Position numbers and translations under genes: made by a program. A model generated the notes under the pieces. The model saw only the letters and a list, made by a program, of their open reading frames with translations, was not told the DNA's origin and did not search any database. This document shows, in pieces, positions 38,842 through 48,503 of a DNA stretch of 64,000 nt. Numbering within the stretch: the stretch's first letter is position 1; each line of letters begins with the position of its first letter. Source of the DNA: Nannocystis bainbridge (GTDB lineage: Bacteria > Myxococcota_A > Polyangia > Nannocystales > Nannocystaceae); the NCBI RefSeq assembly GCF_028368995.1, contig NZ_JAQNDL010000001.1:2816001-2880000 (forward strand). Reading direction: 5' to 3'.

Positions 38842-40350
38842 ATGCCTCGCCTCGCCCTCGCGACCCTCGCCCTCCTCCTCGTCGCTTGCGGCGACGACCC
38901 AGCGACCTCGACCGGCGACACCAGCGGCCCCGGCCCCTCGAGCGGCGCGCTGACGACGGGCACCGGCGGCGACGACCCCACCGGCACCACCACCGGCACG
39001 AGCAGCGACCCCGTCACCACCACCACCGGCACCATCACCACCGAGCCCGGCACCACCACCGGACCGGCCACCACCGACGCTCCCGTCACCGGCACCACCA
39101 CCGATCCGGGCACCACGGGGCCGGACCTCGAGACCGACGGCACCACCGCCACCACCGAGCCCCTGCCCGACCCGATCTGCACCGACCCGCCCGCCTGCGC
39201 CGCCGTCGCCCCCGCCGCCACCGAGCATCACCTCGGTCTGCTCGACGGCTGCGCCTTTGCCCTCGCCCCGAACGACTTCGCGGCCGGCATCGCCCGCGCC
39301 GACGCCCTGCTCGCGCGCACCGGCACGGCCGTCGACATCGAAGCCGTCCTCGGTCAGCTCAACCGCACCGGCGTCCCCGGCCTCTCCGCCTACCAGGCCG
39401 ACCGCATGAAGAACCACGACTACGTCGGCTTCCGCTGGGACGCGGGCGACGGCGCCGTCGACTACTGGTACCCGCAGGGCATCACCGGCTCGAGCGACGC
39501 CCGGGCCGATCACGAGATCGCCGGCAAGCGGCTCCTGTTGGTGTCCTGGTACCACAAGATCGAGCTCGGCCCGAACGACCCGCCGGCCAAGGGCGTGCGC
39601 CTCAGCCTGGTCGACATCACCGACCTCGACGCCATCCGCTACCGCCACCTGCTGCTCGTCACGCCGACCGGCGACGGCCCCGACGTCAATTTCGTCGCCG
39701 CCAACACCAAGAGCGGCGACGCCCTGCACGCCGGCGGGATCGCCTGGGTCGGCGACCGCCTCTACGTCGCCGAGACCTCGGCCGGCTTCCGCGTCTACGA
39801 CATGTCGCGGATCTTCGAGGCCACCGCCACCGACGACGACGCGGCGATCGGGATCGCCGGCGGCGAGGTCAACGCTCACAGCTATCGCTACGCGGTGCCC
39901 GAGATCGGTCGCTACGCCCTCACCGCCGACTCGTGCAAGTTCCGCTTCTCCTCGGTCGCGCTCGACCGCAGCGCCGACCCGCCGGTGCTCGTCACCGCCG
40001 AGTACCAGACCGACCTGACCGGCCGCCTCGCCCGCTGGCCGATCGACCTCGCCAGCGCCGCGCTGGTCGAGAGCGGCGGCCATGTGTTCGCCCACGACGC
40101 CGCCATCACCGGCCAGTCCCGCACCCAGGGCGCCGTCACCTACGAGGGTGTCTATTACATGTCGTGCTCGAGCCAGGCCCAGCAGTGGGGCCGGCTCTAC
40201 CGCAACCTCCCCGACTCGACCAGCGAGATCACCGCCTGGCCCGACGGCCCCGAAGACCTCTACGTCGAGCGCGACCTCGAGCTGATCTGGACCGCCGCCG
40301 AGCACCCGAACAAGCGCGTCACCCTCGGCATCCCCATGCAAGGTTACTGA
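38842..40350 (+). CDS. Lipoprotein with Thr-rich linker and a beta-rich domain of unknown function
   Basis: LALLLVA-C; WYPQGITGSSDA, LVSWY, KGVRLS.VD, YRHLLLV, HAGGIAW, GPEDL. Confidence 0.85.
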   Translation: MPRLALATLALLLVACGDDPATSTGDTSGPGPSSGALTTGTGGDDPTGTTTGTSSDPVTTTTGTITTEPGTTTGPATTDAPVTGTTTDPGTTGPDLETDGTTATTEPLPDPICTDPPACAAVAPAATEHHLGLLDGCAFALAPNDFAAGIARADALLARTGTAVDIEAVLGQLNRTGVPGLSAYQADRMKNHDYVGFRWDAGDGAVDYWYPQGITGSSDARADHEIAGKRLLLVSWYHKIELGPNDPPAKGVRLSLVDITDLDAIRYRHLLLVTPTGDGPDVNFVAANTKSGDALHAGGIAWVGDRLYVAETSAGFRVYDMSRIFEATATDDDAAIGIAGGEVNAHSYRYAVPEIGRYALTADSCKFRFSSVALDRSADPPVLVTAEYQTDLTGRLARWPIDLASAALVESGGHVFAHDAAITGQSRTQGAVTYEGVYYMSCSSQAQQWGRLYRNLPDSTSEITAWPDGPEDLYVERDLELIWTAAEHPNKRVTLGIPMQGY

Positions 40351-40352
40351 TG

Positions 40353-40418
40353 GGACATGTTATCCAGGACATGCCGCAAAGGGCATGTCCCCGCGGGCAT
40401 GCTCCTCGGGACATGTCC
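40353..40418. repeat. 14-bp-phased decamer array (5 units)
   Basis: GGACATGTTA 40353, GGACATGCCG 40367, GGGCATGTCC 40381, GGGCATGCTC 40395, GGACATGTCC 40409. Confidence 0.92.
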
Positions 40419-40545
40419 TGAACGCCGCCCGGCGCCGTCACCCTGGCGCTCGGCCTCCCAGCCGCCTCGCTTCGGCCCGCGACGGCCCTTGCTTCGCAGA
40501 TGCGCACCTGTCCCTTCGGACAGACGCATCCTGCACACTGCAGCC

Positions 40546-41277
40546 TCAGTTCGCCTGGGCGCCATCGAGCATGTCGGCGACGATCGCGTCGGCCGCGGCG
40601 GCCGGGTCGGGCGCGCCGAGGATCGGCCGGCCGACCACCAGGTACGCCGCCCCGTCGGCGATCGCCTGCCCTGGCGTCATCACGCGCTTCTGGTCGCCGA
40701 CCTCGGCCCCGGCAGGGCGGATGCCCGGCACCACGCAGGCGATGCCCGGGGCCGCCGCGCGCACGCCGGCCAGCTCTTGCCCGCTGCACACCACCCCGGC
40801 GCACCCGGCCGCGCGGGCGATCGCCGCCCGCATCGCCACCAGCTCCGCCGGCGCGCGCGTGTGCCCGGCCTCGGCGCAGGCGGCCGCGTCCTGGCTGGTC
40901 AGCACCGTCACCGCCAGCACCCCGAGCTCCGGCCCCGCCTCGGCGACGCACGCCTTGAGGTGGGCCAGCCCCGAGCCGGCGTGCACCGTGATGAAGCGGC
41001 AGCCCAGCGAGCGCGCCGAGCGGATCGCCCCGCACATCGTATTGGGGATGTCGTGAAGCTTGAGGTCGAGGAAGATCTCGAGCTCGGGCACCTCGCCGCG
41101 GAGCCGGCGCACCACGTCCGGGCCCTCGGCCACGAACAGCTCGAGCCCGACCTTCAGCATCCCGACGTGACCCTGCAGCGTCTGCGCCGCGGCCACCGCG
41201 GCCCGCGCGTCGGGCACGTCGAGCGCGACGATCAGGCGGCGGCGCAGTTCGGACTCGGAGGCGACGGGCAGCGGCAT
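40546..41277 (-). CDS. pyrF: Orotidine-5'-phosphate decarboxylase
   Basis: LIVALD, KVGLELF, FLDLKLHDIPNT, VTVLTS, PGIRP, DQKRVMTP, VVGRPI. Confidence 0.97.
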   Translation of the reverse strand: MPLPVASESELRRRLIVALDVPDARAAVAAAQTLQGHVGMLKVGLELFVAEGPDVVRRLRGEVPELEIFLDLKLHDIPNTMCGAIRSARSLGCRFITVHAGSGLAHLKACVAEAGPELGVLAVTVLTSQDAAACAEAGHTRAPAELVAMRAAIARAAGCAGVVCSGQELAGVRAAAPGIACVVPGIRPAGAEVGDQKRVMTPGQAIADGAAYLVVGRPILGAPDPAAAADAIVADMLDGAQAN

Positions 41278-41324
41278 GGGCGGCGATCTAGCAAGCGCGC
41301 CGCAGGTGTTGCAAGCTCGCCGGC

Positions 41325-42476
41325 GTGCGTGAAGATCCGCATCGCGTCCTGTTCGACCTCCTCGAGGACGGCGTCCGCGCCGGCCTCTACCCGGGGTGCG
41401 TCGCCCTCGTCTGGCGCGACGGCGCCGAGATCTACCACGAGGCCCACGGCGACCTCGGGAGCCACGAGGGCGCCCCGGGCTACCTGCGCGCGGTCAGCCG
41501 CGACACCGTCTACGACCTCGCCTCGCTGACCAAGGTCCTGGCCACCACCAGCCTCGCCGCCCTGGCCGTCGCCGAGGGCCGGGTCGAACTCACGACGCCC
41601 GTCCCCGCCGAGTGGGATCGCGCCTGCCCGGGCGCCACGCTGGCCCACCTCCTGTCCCATAGTTCAGGTCTGCCCGCGCACCGCGAGTTCTTCGTCGACC
41701 TCAAGCCCGGCCGCCCCGAGCGGGTCCTCGACCGCATCGCCGCGACCGCGCCCGAGTACCCGCTCGGCACCAAGGCCGTCTACAGCGACCTCGGCTTTAT
41801 GATCCTCGGCGCCTGGCTCGAGCGCCTGTTCGGCCAGGCCCTCGACCGCCTGTTCGACGACAAGATCGCCTGGCCGCTCGACCTCCACCGCGGCGACGTC
41901 CCGCGCATCGGCTTCCACCGCCTGCTCGGCGCCCGCGGCCCGTCGTCGGCCCAGCAGCACCGCGTCGCCCCGACCGAGGTCTACGACCCCGCGCTGCACC
42001 CCGACGGCGTGCCCAGCTGGTTCGCCTGCCGCGCCCCGGTCCGCTGCGCCCACTACGAGGTCCACGACGACAACGCCTTCGTCATGAGCGGCGTCGCCGG
42101 CCACGCCGGCCTGTTCGGCGAGGCCGCGGCGGTGCTCGAGCTCGCCCGCGCCTGGCTCGACTGCACCCTGCCCGGCCTCGACGCTCGCACGCGAGATGTC
42201 TTTTGGACCCTGTCCCAAGTACCAGGTTCGACGCGACGGCTCGGCTGGGACAGCCCGACCCCCGACGGCAGCGGCACCGCCGCCGACGTGCTCTCGCCCC
42301 ACGCCGCCGGCCACACCGGCTTCACGGGCACGACCCTGTGGATCGACCCGAGCCCGCCGGACGGCCGCGGCCCGCTGATTGCGATCTTGCTGACGAACCG
42401 GGTCCACCCGACGCGCAACGGCCCGCCGATCTTGCAGCTCCGCCAGCAGTTCCACCGCGCCGCCGTGCGCCTGTGA
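41325..42476 (+). CDS. Serine hydrolase, beta-lactamase class C-like family
   Basis: YDLASLTK (SxxK), LLSHSSG, YSDLGF, VHDDNA, GHAGLF, GHTGFTGT, LTNRVHP. Confidence 0.9.
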   Translation: MREDPHRVLFDLLEDGVRAGLYPGCVALVWRDGAEIYHEAHGDLGSHEGAPGYLRAVSRDTVYDLASLTKVLATTSLAALAVAEGRVELTTPVPAEWDRACPGATLAHLLSHSSGLPAHREFFVDLKPGRPERVLDRIAATAPEYPLGTKAVYSDLGFMILGAWLERLFGQALDRLFDDKIAWPLDLHRGDVPRIGFHRLLGARGPSSAQQHRVAPTEVYDPALHPDGVPSWFACRAPVRCAHYEVHDDNAFVMSGVAGHAGLFGEAAAVLELARAWLDCTLPGLDARTRDVFWTLSQVPGSTRRLGWDSPTPDGSGTAADVLSPHAAGHTGFTGTTLWIDPSPPDGRGPLIAILLTNRVHPTRNGPPILQLRQQFHRAAVRL

Positions 42477-42588
42477 GCGCGAGTCACCCGCCGCAAACGG
42501 CCCGCCGAACGCGGCCGCGCAGACCCCACGAGCGGCCCGCCGTCCCCTCTTCACCCCAGCCCGCGGGCGTGCGATCCTCCGCGCCACG

Positions 42589-43098
42589 ATGCCCGTCCGC
42601 CGCGCCGTCCCGTTCGCCCTCGCCCTCTTCATCACCACCGCCTGCGGCGGCGAGGCCAAGAAGGCCGAGCCCGAGGTCAAGGCCGCGGAGCCGGCCAAGC
42701 CCGCCGAGGACGACGCGATCGCCAAGCGTCGGGCCGAGCGCGAGGCCAAGGCCAAGGCCGAGAAGGACGCCGAGGACGCGCGCGTCGCCGCCGTCGCTGC
42801 CCTGGCGACCCTCCCGCCCAAGCTGCCGAAGGACATCAAGAAGGCCTGCGACGCCGTCGCCGACGCCCAGCTCAAGTTCTTCGAGCGCATGTACGAGGGC
42901 GCCGAGCTCGACAAGCTCAAGGCCGCCCAGGGCACCCAGCGGCCGATGACCGTCAGCGGCTGCACCGGCCTCGGCAGCCTCGAGGCCGCCGCCTGCCAGG
43001 TCGCCGCCCTCGACGCCGCCACCGACAAGACCCTCAAGGCGTCGATCTCCGACATCATGCGGGTCTGCATCGAGAAGTACGCCAAGCCGGCCGGCTGA
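42589..43098 (+). CDS. Lipoprotein, hypothetical
   Basis: ALALFITTA-C lipobox, K/E/A-rich helix, four further Cys. Confidence 0.85.
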   Translation: MPVRRAVPFALALFITTACGGEAKKAEPEVKAAEPAKPAEDDAIAKRRAEREAKAKAEKDAEDARVAAVAALATLPPKLPKDIKKACDAVADAQLKFFERMYEGAELDKLKAAQGTQRPMTVSGCTGLGSLEAAACQVAALDAATDKTLKASISDIMRVCIEKYAKPAG

Positions 43099-43408
43099 TC
43101 GCCTGTCCCTTCGCACCTGTCGCAAGGGACATGTCCCTCGGGCCCGCTCAGCCCGAGGACCACGAGCGCGCGCCGCCGCGTCGCTCGTGGCGACATCGCG
43201 CCCCTTCTGCGGTCGTCGCCCGCCCCGGCACGACGCGCGACTCGACCGCCCGGACCGACGCGCACACGCTGCCCGGCCCCGAAGAGCACCGCGCCTCCGC
43301 CGGGTCATGTCCCGCGCACACGGCCCCGGAGCCCACGCGACCCCTGTCGCCCCGACCCGCGCGCCTGCGCCCGCGCGCGGCCCCTCGCTGGATGCTACGC
43401 TCCCGGCC

Positions 43409-43813
43409 ATGCACGACCTGCGCGACGTCGGCGGCACCCCCGGAGGTCTCCCCGTCTTCCTGCTCGGCCTCGGCATGGTGGGCGCCGGCGCCTACTTGCT
43501 GCTCAACCAGGTCATGGTCCACAGCGGCTACTGGGGCTTCTGGGGCGACAACACCTTCGGCCTGACCCTCCTGCCGCTGCTGTTCGGGATCGGCTTTTTG
43601 TTTTACAGCGCGCGCTCGTTCTTCGGCTGGGCGCTCACGGGCCTCGGCGCGGTCTTCATCTTCGTCGGCATCATCGCCAACCTCGAGATCCATTTCCGCC
43701 CGACCACCCTGTGGAACACCCTCGTCATCCTCACCCTGCTGGTGGGTGGCCTCGGCCTCGTGTTCCGGTCCCTGCGGCCGATGCGGGCCCGCCCTCGCGG
43801 CCGCGCGCATTGA
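43409..43813 (+). CDS. Small multi-TM membrane protein
   Basis: GGTPGG start motif followed by four hydrophobic segments. Confidence 0.85.
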   Translation: MHDLRDVGGTPGGLPVFLLGLGMVGAGAYLLLNQVMVHSGYWGFWGDNTFGLTLLPLLFGIGFLFYSARSFFGWALTGLGAVFIFVGIIANLEIHFRPTTLWNTLVILTLLVGGLGLVFRSLRPMRARPRGRAH

Positions 43814-43845
43814 CAGGGCGGGCGGCCGCGTGGTGCCATCGCTGC

Positions 43846-44403
43846 ATGGCCCCGCCGCCCTTACTGCCTACGACGCGCCTCTACGCCTGCCCCGCCTGCC
43901 GCGAGCACATCAAGTCGGACACCTCGAGCTGCCCTCACTGCGGCGCCGAGCTGCACCGCGAGGGTCGGCTGGCTCGCGCCGCCTCGGCGGTGATGGTGAC
44001 CCTGGCGCTCTCGGGTTGCCCCGACAAGGGCGACGACACCATGGGTGGTAGCGACTCGAGCACCGGCAACACCACCTCGGGCACGGACACCGGCACCGGC
44101 ACCGACACCACCACCGGCAGCACCACCGAAGGCAACTCCGGCACCATGACCGAGTCGCCGACCTCGGCCGAGCCCGAGTACGGCGTGCCCGCCACCGACA
44201 CTCTCGGCACCACCACCAACACCACCTTCGAGCCCGACTACGGCGTCCCCGGCACCACCACCGAGAACACGACCGAGACCACCGAAGGCAGCACCACCGA
44301 CGACACCGACACCGCCACCGTCGGCGAGCCCGAGTACGGCGTGCCGCAGACCAACACCTCCCTCGAGCCCGACTACGGCGTCCCCGGCACCACCGGCGCG
44401 TGA
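43846..44403 (+). CDS. Zn-ribbon lipoprotein with four EP(E/D)YGVP motifs; putative radical SAM substrate
   Basis: CPAC...CPHC, hydrophobic stretch with LALSG-C, then AEPEYGVP, FEPDYGVP, GEPEYGVP and LEPDYGVP in a Thr-rich chain. Confidence 0.85.
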   Translation: MAPPPLLPTTRLYACPACREHIKSDTSSCPHCGAELHREGRLARAASAVMVTLALSGCPDKGDDTMGGSDSSTGNTTSGTDTGTGTDTTTGSTTEGNSGTMTESPTSAEPEYGVPATDTLGTTTNTTFEPDYGVPGTTTENTTETTEGSTTDDTDTATVGEPEYGVPQTNTSLEPDYGVPGTTGA

Positions 44404-44413
44404 CCGCCCCGAA

Positions 44414-44547
44414 GGACAGGTCCCAAAGGCCCTGTCCTTCGCCACATGCGCGCACGGACATGTTCTGAACATCCGTCGCACGCGCCTGCCCGATCGGACA
44501 TGCTCCTCGCAGCATGCCCCCGAGGACATGGCCCTCGGGGCATGTCC
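44414..44547. repeat. Two 14-bp-phased decamer arrays
   Basis: Decamers at 44414/44428/44442/44456 and 44482/44496/44510/44524/44538. Confidence 0.9.
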
Positions 44548-44557
44548 CGAACCATCC

Positions 44558-45814
44558 TCACCCCGCCAGCACGGGCAGCCGCACCGTCGTGCGCGGCGGC
44601 GCCATGTCCCACGGCTCCTCGACGATCTCGTACTGGCCAAAATCGTAAGGATCGCCGGGAGCGGCCTGGCGCAGGACCACCCGCTCGCGCAGCCCCTTGC
44701 GCTTCATCTGCGCCGCCCGGTAGTAGCAGAACGGATTGTTGCCGCGCTTGCCGATCGCGCTGTGGGCGGTGAACGAGCAGCCCGCGCGGCACACCTCCGC
44801 GTAGTAGCAGGACTTGCAGAAGCCCCACAGCTCGTCCGTCCCGCGCTCGCGGGCGAACGCGATCTCCGGCGCGTCGTTCCAGATGTCCTCGATCGCCGCC
44901 GTCTTCACGTTGCCGCCGGTGTACGGGGCCGTCGGCAGCGACGGGCAGCCCTTGATCGTCCCGTCGGACTCGATCCCCATCACGAACTTGCCGGCCGAGC
45001 AGCCCTGCCAGTAGCTGTCGGGCGAGCCCGGGCGGGTGCGCAGCAGCTGCTCGTGCGGCCCGAAGTAACCGAGGTTGTTGCCGAGCCGCACGTGGAACGC
45101 CCGCTCCCACGCGATCCCCTGCGCCGCCGCGCGCTCCTGGCACCAGCGCTGGATGTCGGCCAGCGTGTCGATCACCTCCATCACCATGTACGGCTCGAGC
45201 AGCCAGTCCGGGCGGTCGGCCGCGCGGCCCATCGGCGCCGTCATCTGCGCTCGCCACACCGCCACCCCCGCGTCTGCCAGCAGCTCCGCCGTCTCGCGCA
45301 GCACATCCTTGTTGAGCCGGTTGATCTGCGAGTTCGAGGTCACCAGCATGCCCGCCGCGCGGGCGTTGCGGATCCCCTTCAGCGCCGCCGCGTGGCTCCC
45401 CGGGCTCGCGCGCAGCGTGTCGTGCGGCCCCTCCGGCCCGTCGACCGACACCCCGATCGCCGCCAGCCCTGCCTCGCGCAGCTTGCGGCAGCGGTCCTGC
45501 GTCAGCCCGCGGCCGCCGGTCTGCATCGTCACGCGGATCCCCGCCTGCGTCATGTGCTGGATCAGCCGATAACAATCGCCGCGCAGGTACGCCTCGCCGC
45601 CGATCAGCGTCACCTCGCGGCTGCCGAGGCGCACCAGCGCGTCGGCCACCTCGAGCAGCTCCTCGGTGTTCAGCTCGTCCGGTCGCGCGTCGCCGGCTCG
45701 CGACCCGCAGTGCGCACATTCGTGGTCGCAGCGCAGCGTCGTCTCCCACACCACATAGATCGGCCGCGGCCGCATCAGGTCGTCGGGACGCAGCGCGCGT
45801 GCAGGCGAGTTCAT
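44558..45814 (-). CDS. Radical SAM/SPASM peptide maturase, PlpX (splicease)-like
   Basis: VVWETTLRCDHECAHCGSRAG (CxxxCxxC), IGGEAYLR, GNNLGYFGP.E, SPASM WQGCSAG...GIESDG.IKGCPSL and CKSCYYAEVCRAGC...NNPFCYYR. Confidence 0.92.
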   Translation of the reverse strand: MNSPARALRPDDLMRPRPIYVVWETTLRCDHECAHCGSRAGDARPDELNTEELLEVADALVRLGSREVTLIGGEAYLRGDCYRLIQHMTQAGIRVTMQTGGRGLTQDRCRKLREAGLAAIGVSVDGPEGPHDTLRASPGSHAAALKGIRNARAAGMLVTSNSQINRLNKDVLRETAELLADAGVAVWRAQMTAPMGRAADRPDWLLEPYMVMEVIDTLADIQRWCQERAAAQGIAWERAFHVRLGNNLGYFGPHEQLLRTRPGSPDSYWQGCSAGKFVMGIESDGTIKGCPSLPTAPYTGGNVKTAAIEDIWNDAPEIAFARERGTDELWGFCKSCYYAEVCRAGCSFTAHSAIGKRGNNPFCYYRAAQMKRKGLRERVVLRQAAPGDPYDFGQYEIVEEPWDMAPPRTTVRLPVLAG

Positions 45815-46045
45815 GCCGCGATGCTACCCCATCGCCTCGCCGCTCGCCTCGGGTCGCGGATCTCTGTGCGTCTCCAGGAGCGGCATCGCAAGCGCGAGCC
45901 CGGCCATGTCTGGCGCCGCCCATGCAGCGAAGTCGGGGGCGCAGCACCGCGACCTCGCGCAATCACACCTCCTCTCCCTCCACGTGGCGAGCACCGCCCT
46001 CGCTACCGCGAGCTCGCCCCCGCGACATCGACGTCGTGCCGGCGC

Positions 46046-47212
46046 TCACCCGCCCGAGTCGGCGTCCTCGGCGTCCGGCCCGGGCGGGGTCGCGTCGTCG
46101 AGATCATCCAGATACCCGTGGGGCAGCGCGACCTTCTGCGGCGGCCCGCTCTTGCCGCGCACGATCTGGGCTGCCGCCGGGAACGGCTCTGTCGGGTCGA
46201 CTTCGCCCAGCAGCGCCCGCAGCTCCGCCAGTCGACTCGCCTGCATCAGCTTCGGCACCACCGGCGCCGCGCTGACGAACCCCAGCGTGTACCAGCGCGC
46301 GTGCTTGCGGAACGCCGCCATGGCTGGCTCTTCGGACATCCACGCGCACAGCCGCTCCGCGTGCTCCAGCATGATCGCCCACACCTCGCCCAGCGTCGGC
46401 GGCGCCGGCGGCGGCGCGCCGGCGAACGCGGCCGCCAGCTCCGCGAACAGCCACGGCCGACCCAGGCAACCGCGCCCCACCACCACCCCGTCGCAACCTG
46501 TCTCTCGGACCATGCGCAGCGCGTCGCTGGCCTCCCAGATATCGCCGTTGCCGAGCACCGGGATCGTGCGCACCGCCTGCTTGAGCGCCGCGATCGCCTC
46601 CCAGCGGGCCGAGCCCGAGTACAGCTGCGCGGCCGTCCGCGCGTGCAGGGCCACCGCTGCGCAGCCCTCCGCCTCGCCGATCGCCCCCGCCTGCAGGTAC
46701 GTCAGCAGCGACTCGTCGATGCCCATGCGGAACTTCATCGTCACCGGCACCGGGCCCGCCGCCTTCACCGCCGCTCGCACGATCGCGCGCAGCAGGTTGG
46801 GCTTGACCGGGATCGCCGAGCCGCCGCCCTTGCGCGTCACCTTGCGCACCGGACATCCGAAGTTCAGGTCGATGTGATCGACCCTGCCTTCGCCGACCAG
46901 CACGCGCACGGCGCCGGCGATCGTCGCCGGGTCGACGCCGTAAAGCTGCAGGCTGCGCGGCGACTCGTCGGCGCCGAAGTCCGACAGCTGCAGGCTGCGC
47001 GCGTCGCCGCGCACCAGCGGCCCCGCCGTGATCATCTCGCTGACATACAGGCCCGCCCCGAAGCGCCGGCACAGCGCGCGGAACGGATAGTTGGTGATGC
47101 CCGCCATCGGCGCCAGCACCACCGGCGGCCACACGCGCAGCGGACCTAACTGCAGCGCCGACGCATCACCCGCCTCGCGCCTCGCCTCCGTCGTCGTCAC
47201 GGCCGCGCTCAT
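46046..47212 (-). CDS. dusB: tRNA-dihydrouridine synthase DusB family
   Basis: VLAPMAGITN, SEMI, IDLNFGCP, KFRMG, LHART, GNGDI, VVGRG.LGRPW. Confidence 0.9.
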   Translation of the reverse strand: MSAAVTTTEARREAGDASALQLGPLRVWPPVVLAPMAGITNYPFRALCRRFGAGLYVSEMITAGPLVRGDARSLQLSDFGADESPRSLQLYGVDPATIAGAVRVLVGEGRVDHIDLNFGCPVRKVTRKGGGSAIPVKPNLLRAIVRAAVKAAGPVPVTMKFRMGIDESLLTYLQAGAIGEAEGCAAVALHARTAAQLYSGSARWEAIAALKQAVRTIPVLGNGDIWEASDALRMVRETGCDGVVVGRGCLGRPWLFAELAAAFAGAPPPAPPTLGEVWAIMLEHAERLCAWMSEEPAMAAFRKHARWYTLGFVSAAPVVPKLMQASRLAELRALLGEVDPTEPFPAAAQIVRGKSGPPQKVALPHGYLDDLDDATPPGPDAEDADSGG

Positions 47213-47325
47213 ATCACAGCGCCCTCCTCTCCGCACCGCGCGACGCGCACGGGGCCCACGTAGGTGGCGTGCGGTGATACATCCACCGTTGACGGTCCGC
47301 GCCGGCCGCGGTCACGATACGCCCC

Positions 47326-48408
47326 ATGAGAATTGAATTGATGGCCCGGGAAGCCGCGTTCGCGCTCCTGCTCGCGACCGCCTGTGGCGGCAGCAACAAC
47401 ACCACCGCCGGCGTCGACGGCACCGACACGCAGGCCAGCACCACCGACACCAGCGGCGCCACCGCCGGCGATCCGACCGGGGGCGTCAGCGACAGCGAGA
47501 CCGGCACGCCGACGACCACCGCCGGCAGCAACTCTGCCAGCGACAGCGACGCCACGGCCACCACCGGCGAGACCGCGTCGACCGGCACCACCTCGACGAC
47601 CAGCGAGACCGGGCCCGACACCACGACCTCGACCACGTCGCCCGCGACCACCGACACCACCACCACCGGCGAGACCGCGACCACCGACACCACCACCATG
47701 GGCGTCGAGGACACGGACACCAGCAGCACCACCGACGGCGGCTCGACTCTCGGCACCACCGAGCCCGACACCACCACCGGCGACCTCCCGTGCGGCACCG
47801 TGCTCAAGGCGACGATCCGCGACTTCGCCTTCTCGCACCCCGACTTCGAGAAGTACTCCGGCAACGGCGCCTACCTCGGCCTCGTCCAGCAGGACCTCGG
47901 CCCCGATCAGAAGCCCGTCTACGCCCACCCCGGCCCGACCCCGCAGACCAGCGGGCCGGCGGCGTTCGCCCAGTGGTACAACGACGTGCCCGGCGTCAAT
48001 CACACGTTCCAGGTCGACCTCCCGCTCACCGAGGTCCAGCCCGGCATCTACCAGTTCGCCGACAACACCTTCTTCCCGGTCGACAACCTCGGGTTCGGCA
48101 ACGAGGGCCAGCCCAACAACTTCGCCTTCACCACCGAGATCCACACGACCTTCTTCTACAACGGCGGCGAGGTCTTCACCTTCACCGGCGACGACGACGT
48201 GTGGGTGTTCATCAACGGCAAGCTGGCCCTCGACCTCGGCGGCCTCCACTCCCAGTTGCAGGCCTCGGTCAACCTCGACAACAGCGCGGCCGCCCTCGGC
48301 ATCACCAAGGGCATGTCCTACTCGCTCGACGTGTTCCACGCCGAGCGCCACACCAACGAGTCGAATTTCCGCATCGACACCACGATCGCCTGCTTCGTGC
48401 CGATGTGA
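47326..48408 (+). CDS. Fibro-slime (PA14-related) domain lipoprotein
   Basis: LLATA-C, Thr-rich linker, IRDF...HPDFE, FFP.D, NFAFTTE, FTFTGDDDVWVFING.LALDLGGLH, FHAERH. Confidence 0.92.
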   Translation: MRIELMAREAAFALLLATACGGSNNTTAGVDGTDTQASTTDTSGATAGDPTGGVSDSETGTPTTTAGSNSASDSDATATTGETASTGTTSTTSETGPDTTTSTTSPATTDTTTTGETATTDTTTMGVEDTDTSSTTDGGSTLGTTEPDTTTGDLPCGTVLKATIRDFAFSHPDFEKYSGNGAYLGLVQQDLGPDQKPVYAHPGPTPQTSGPAAFAQWYNDVPGVNHTFQVDLPLTEVQPGIYQFADNTFFPVDNLGFGNEGQPNNFAFTTEIHTTFFYNGGEVFTFTGDDDVWVFINGKLALDLGGLHSQLQASVNLDNSAAALGITKGMSYSLDVFHAERHTNESNFRIDTTIACFVPM

Positions 48409-48503
48409 CCGCAGCCTGGCCGAACGAGCATGTCCCCCAGGACATGCTCGCCAGGACAGCTTATTTCACCGGCCGTCCCCCGCGCGGGCGCTCGCGCTCG
48501 CGC

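Noticed and set aside
40353-40418. p53-type response elements (the decamer fits RRRCWWGYYY)
   Set aside because: The match is real, but bacteria have no known p53 and nothing in the window supports a link; treated as coincidence.
41325-42476. Antibiotic-resistance beta-lactamase
   Set aside because: The motifs fit the broad serine hydrolase/esterase family; nothing indicates true AmpC activity.
43810-43845. Sigma70 promoter at the TTGACA upstream of the YG lipoprotein
   Set aside because: There is no convincing -10 hexamer at 16-18 bp spacing, and the TTGACA overlaps the upstream stop codon.
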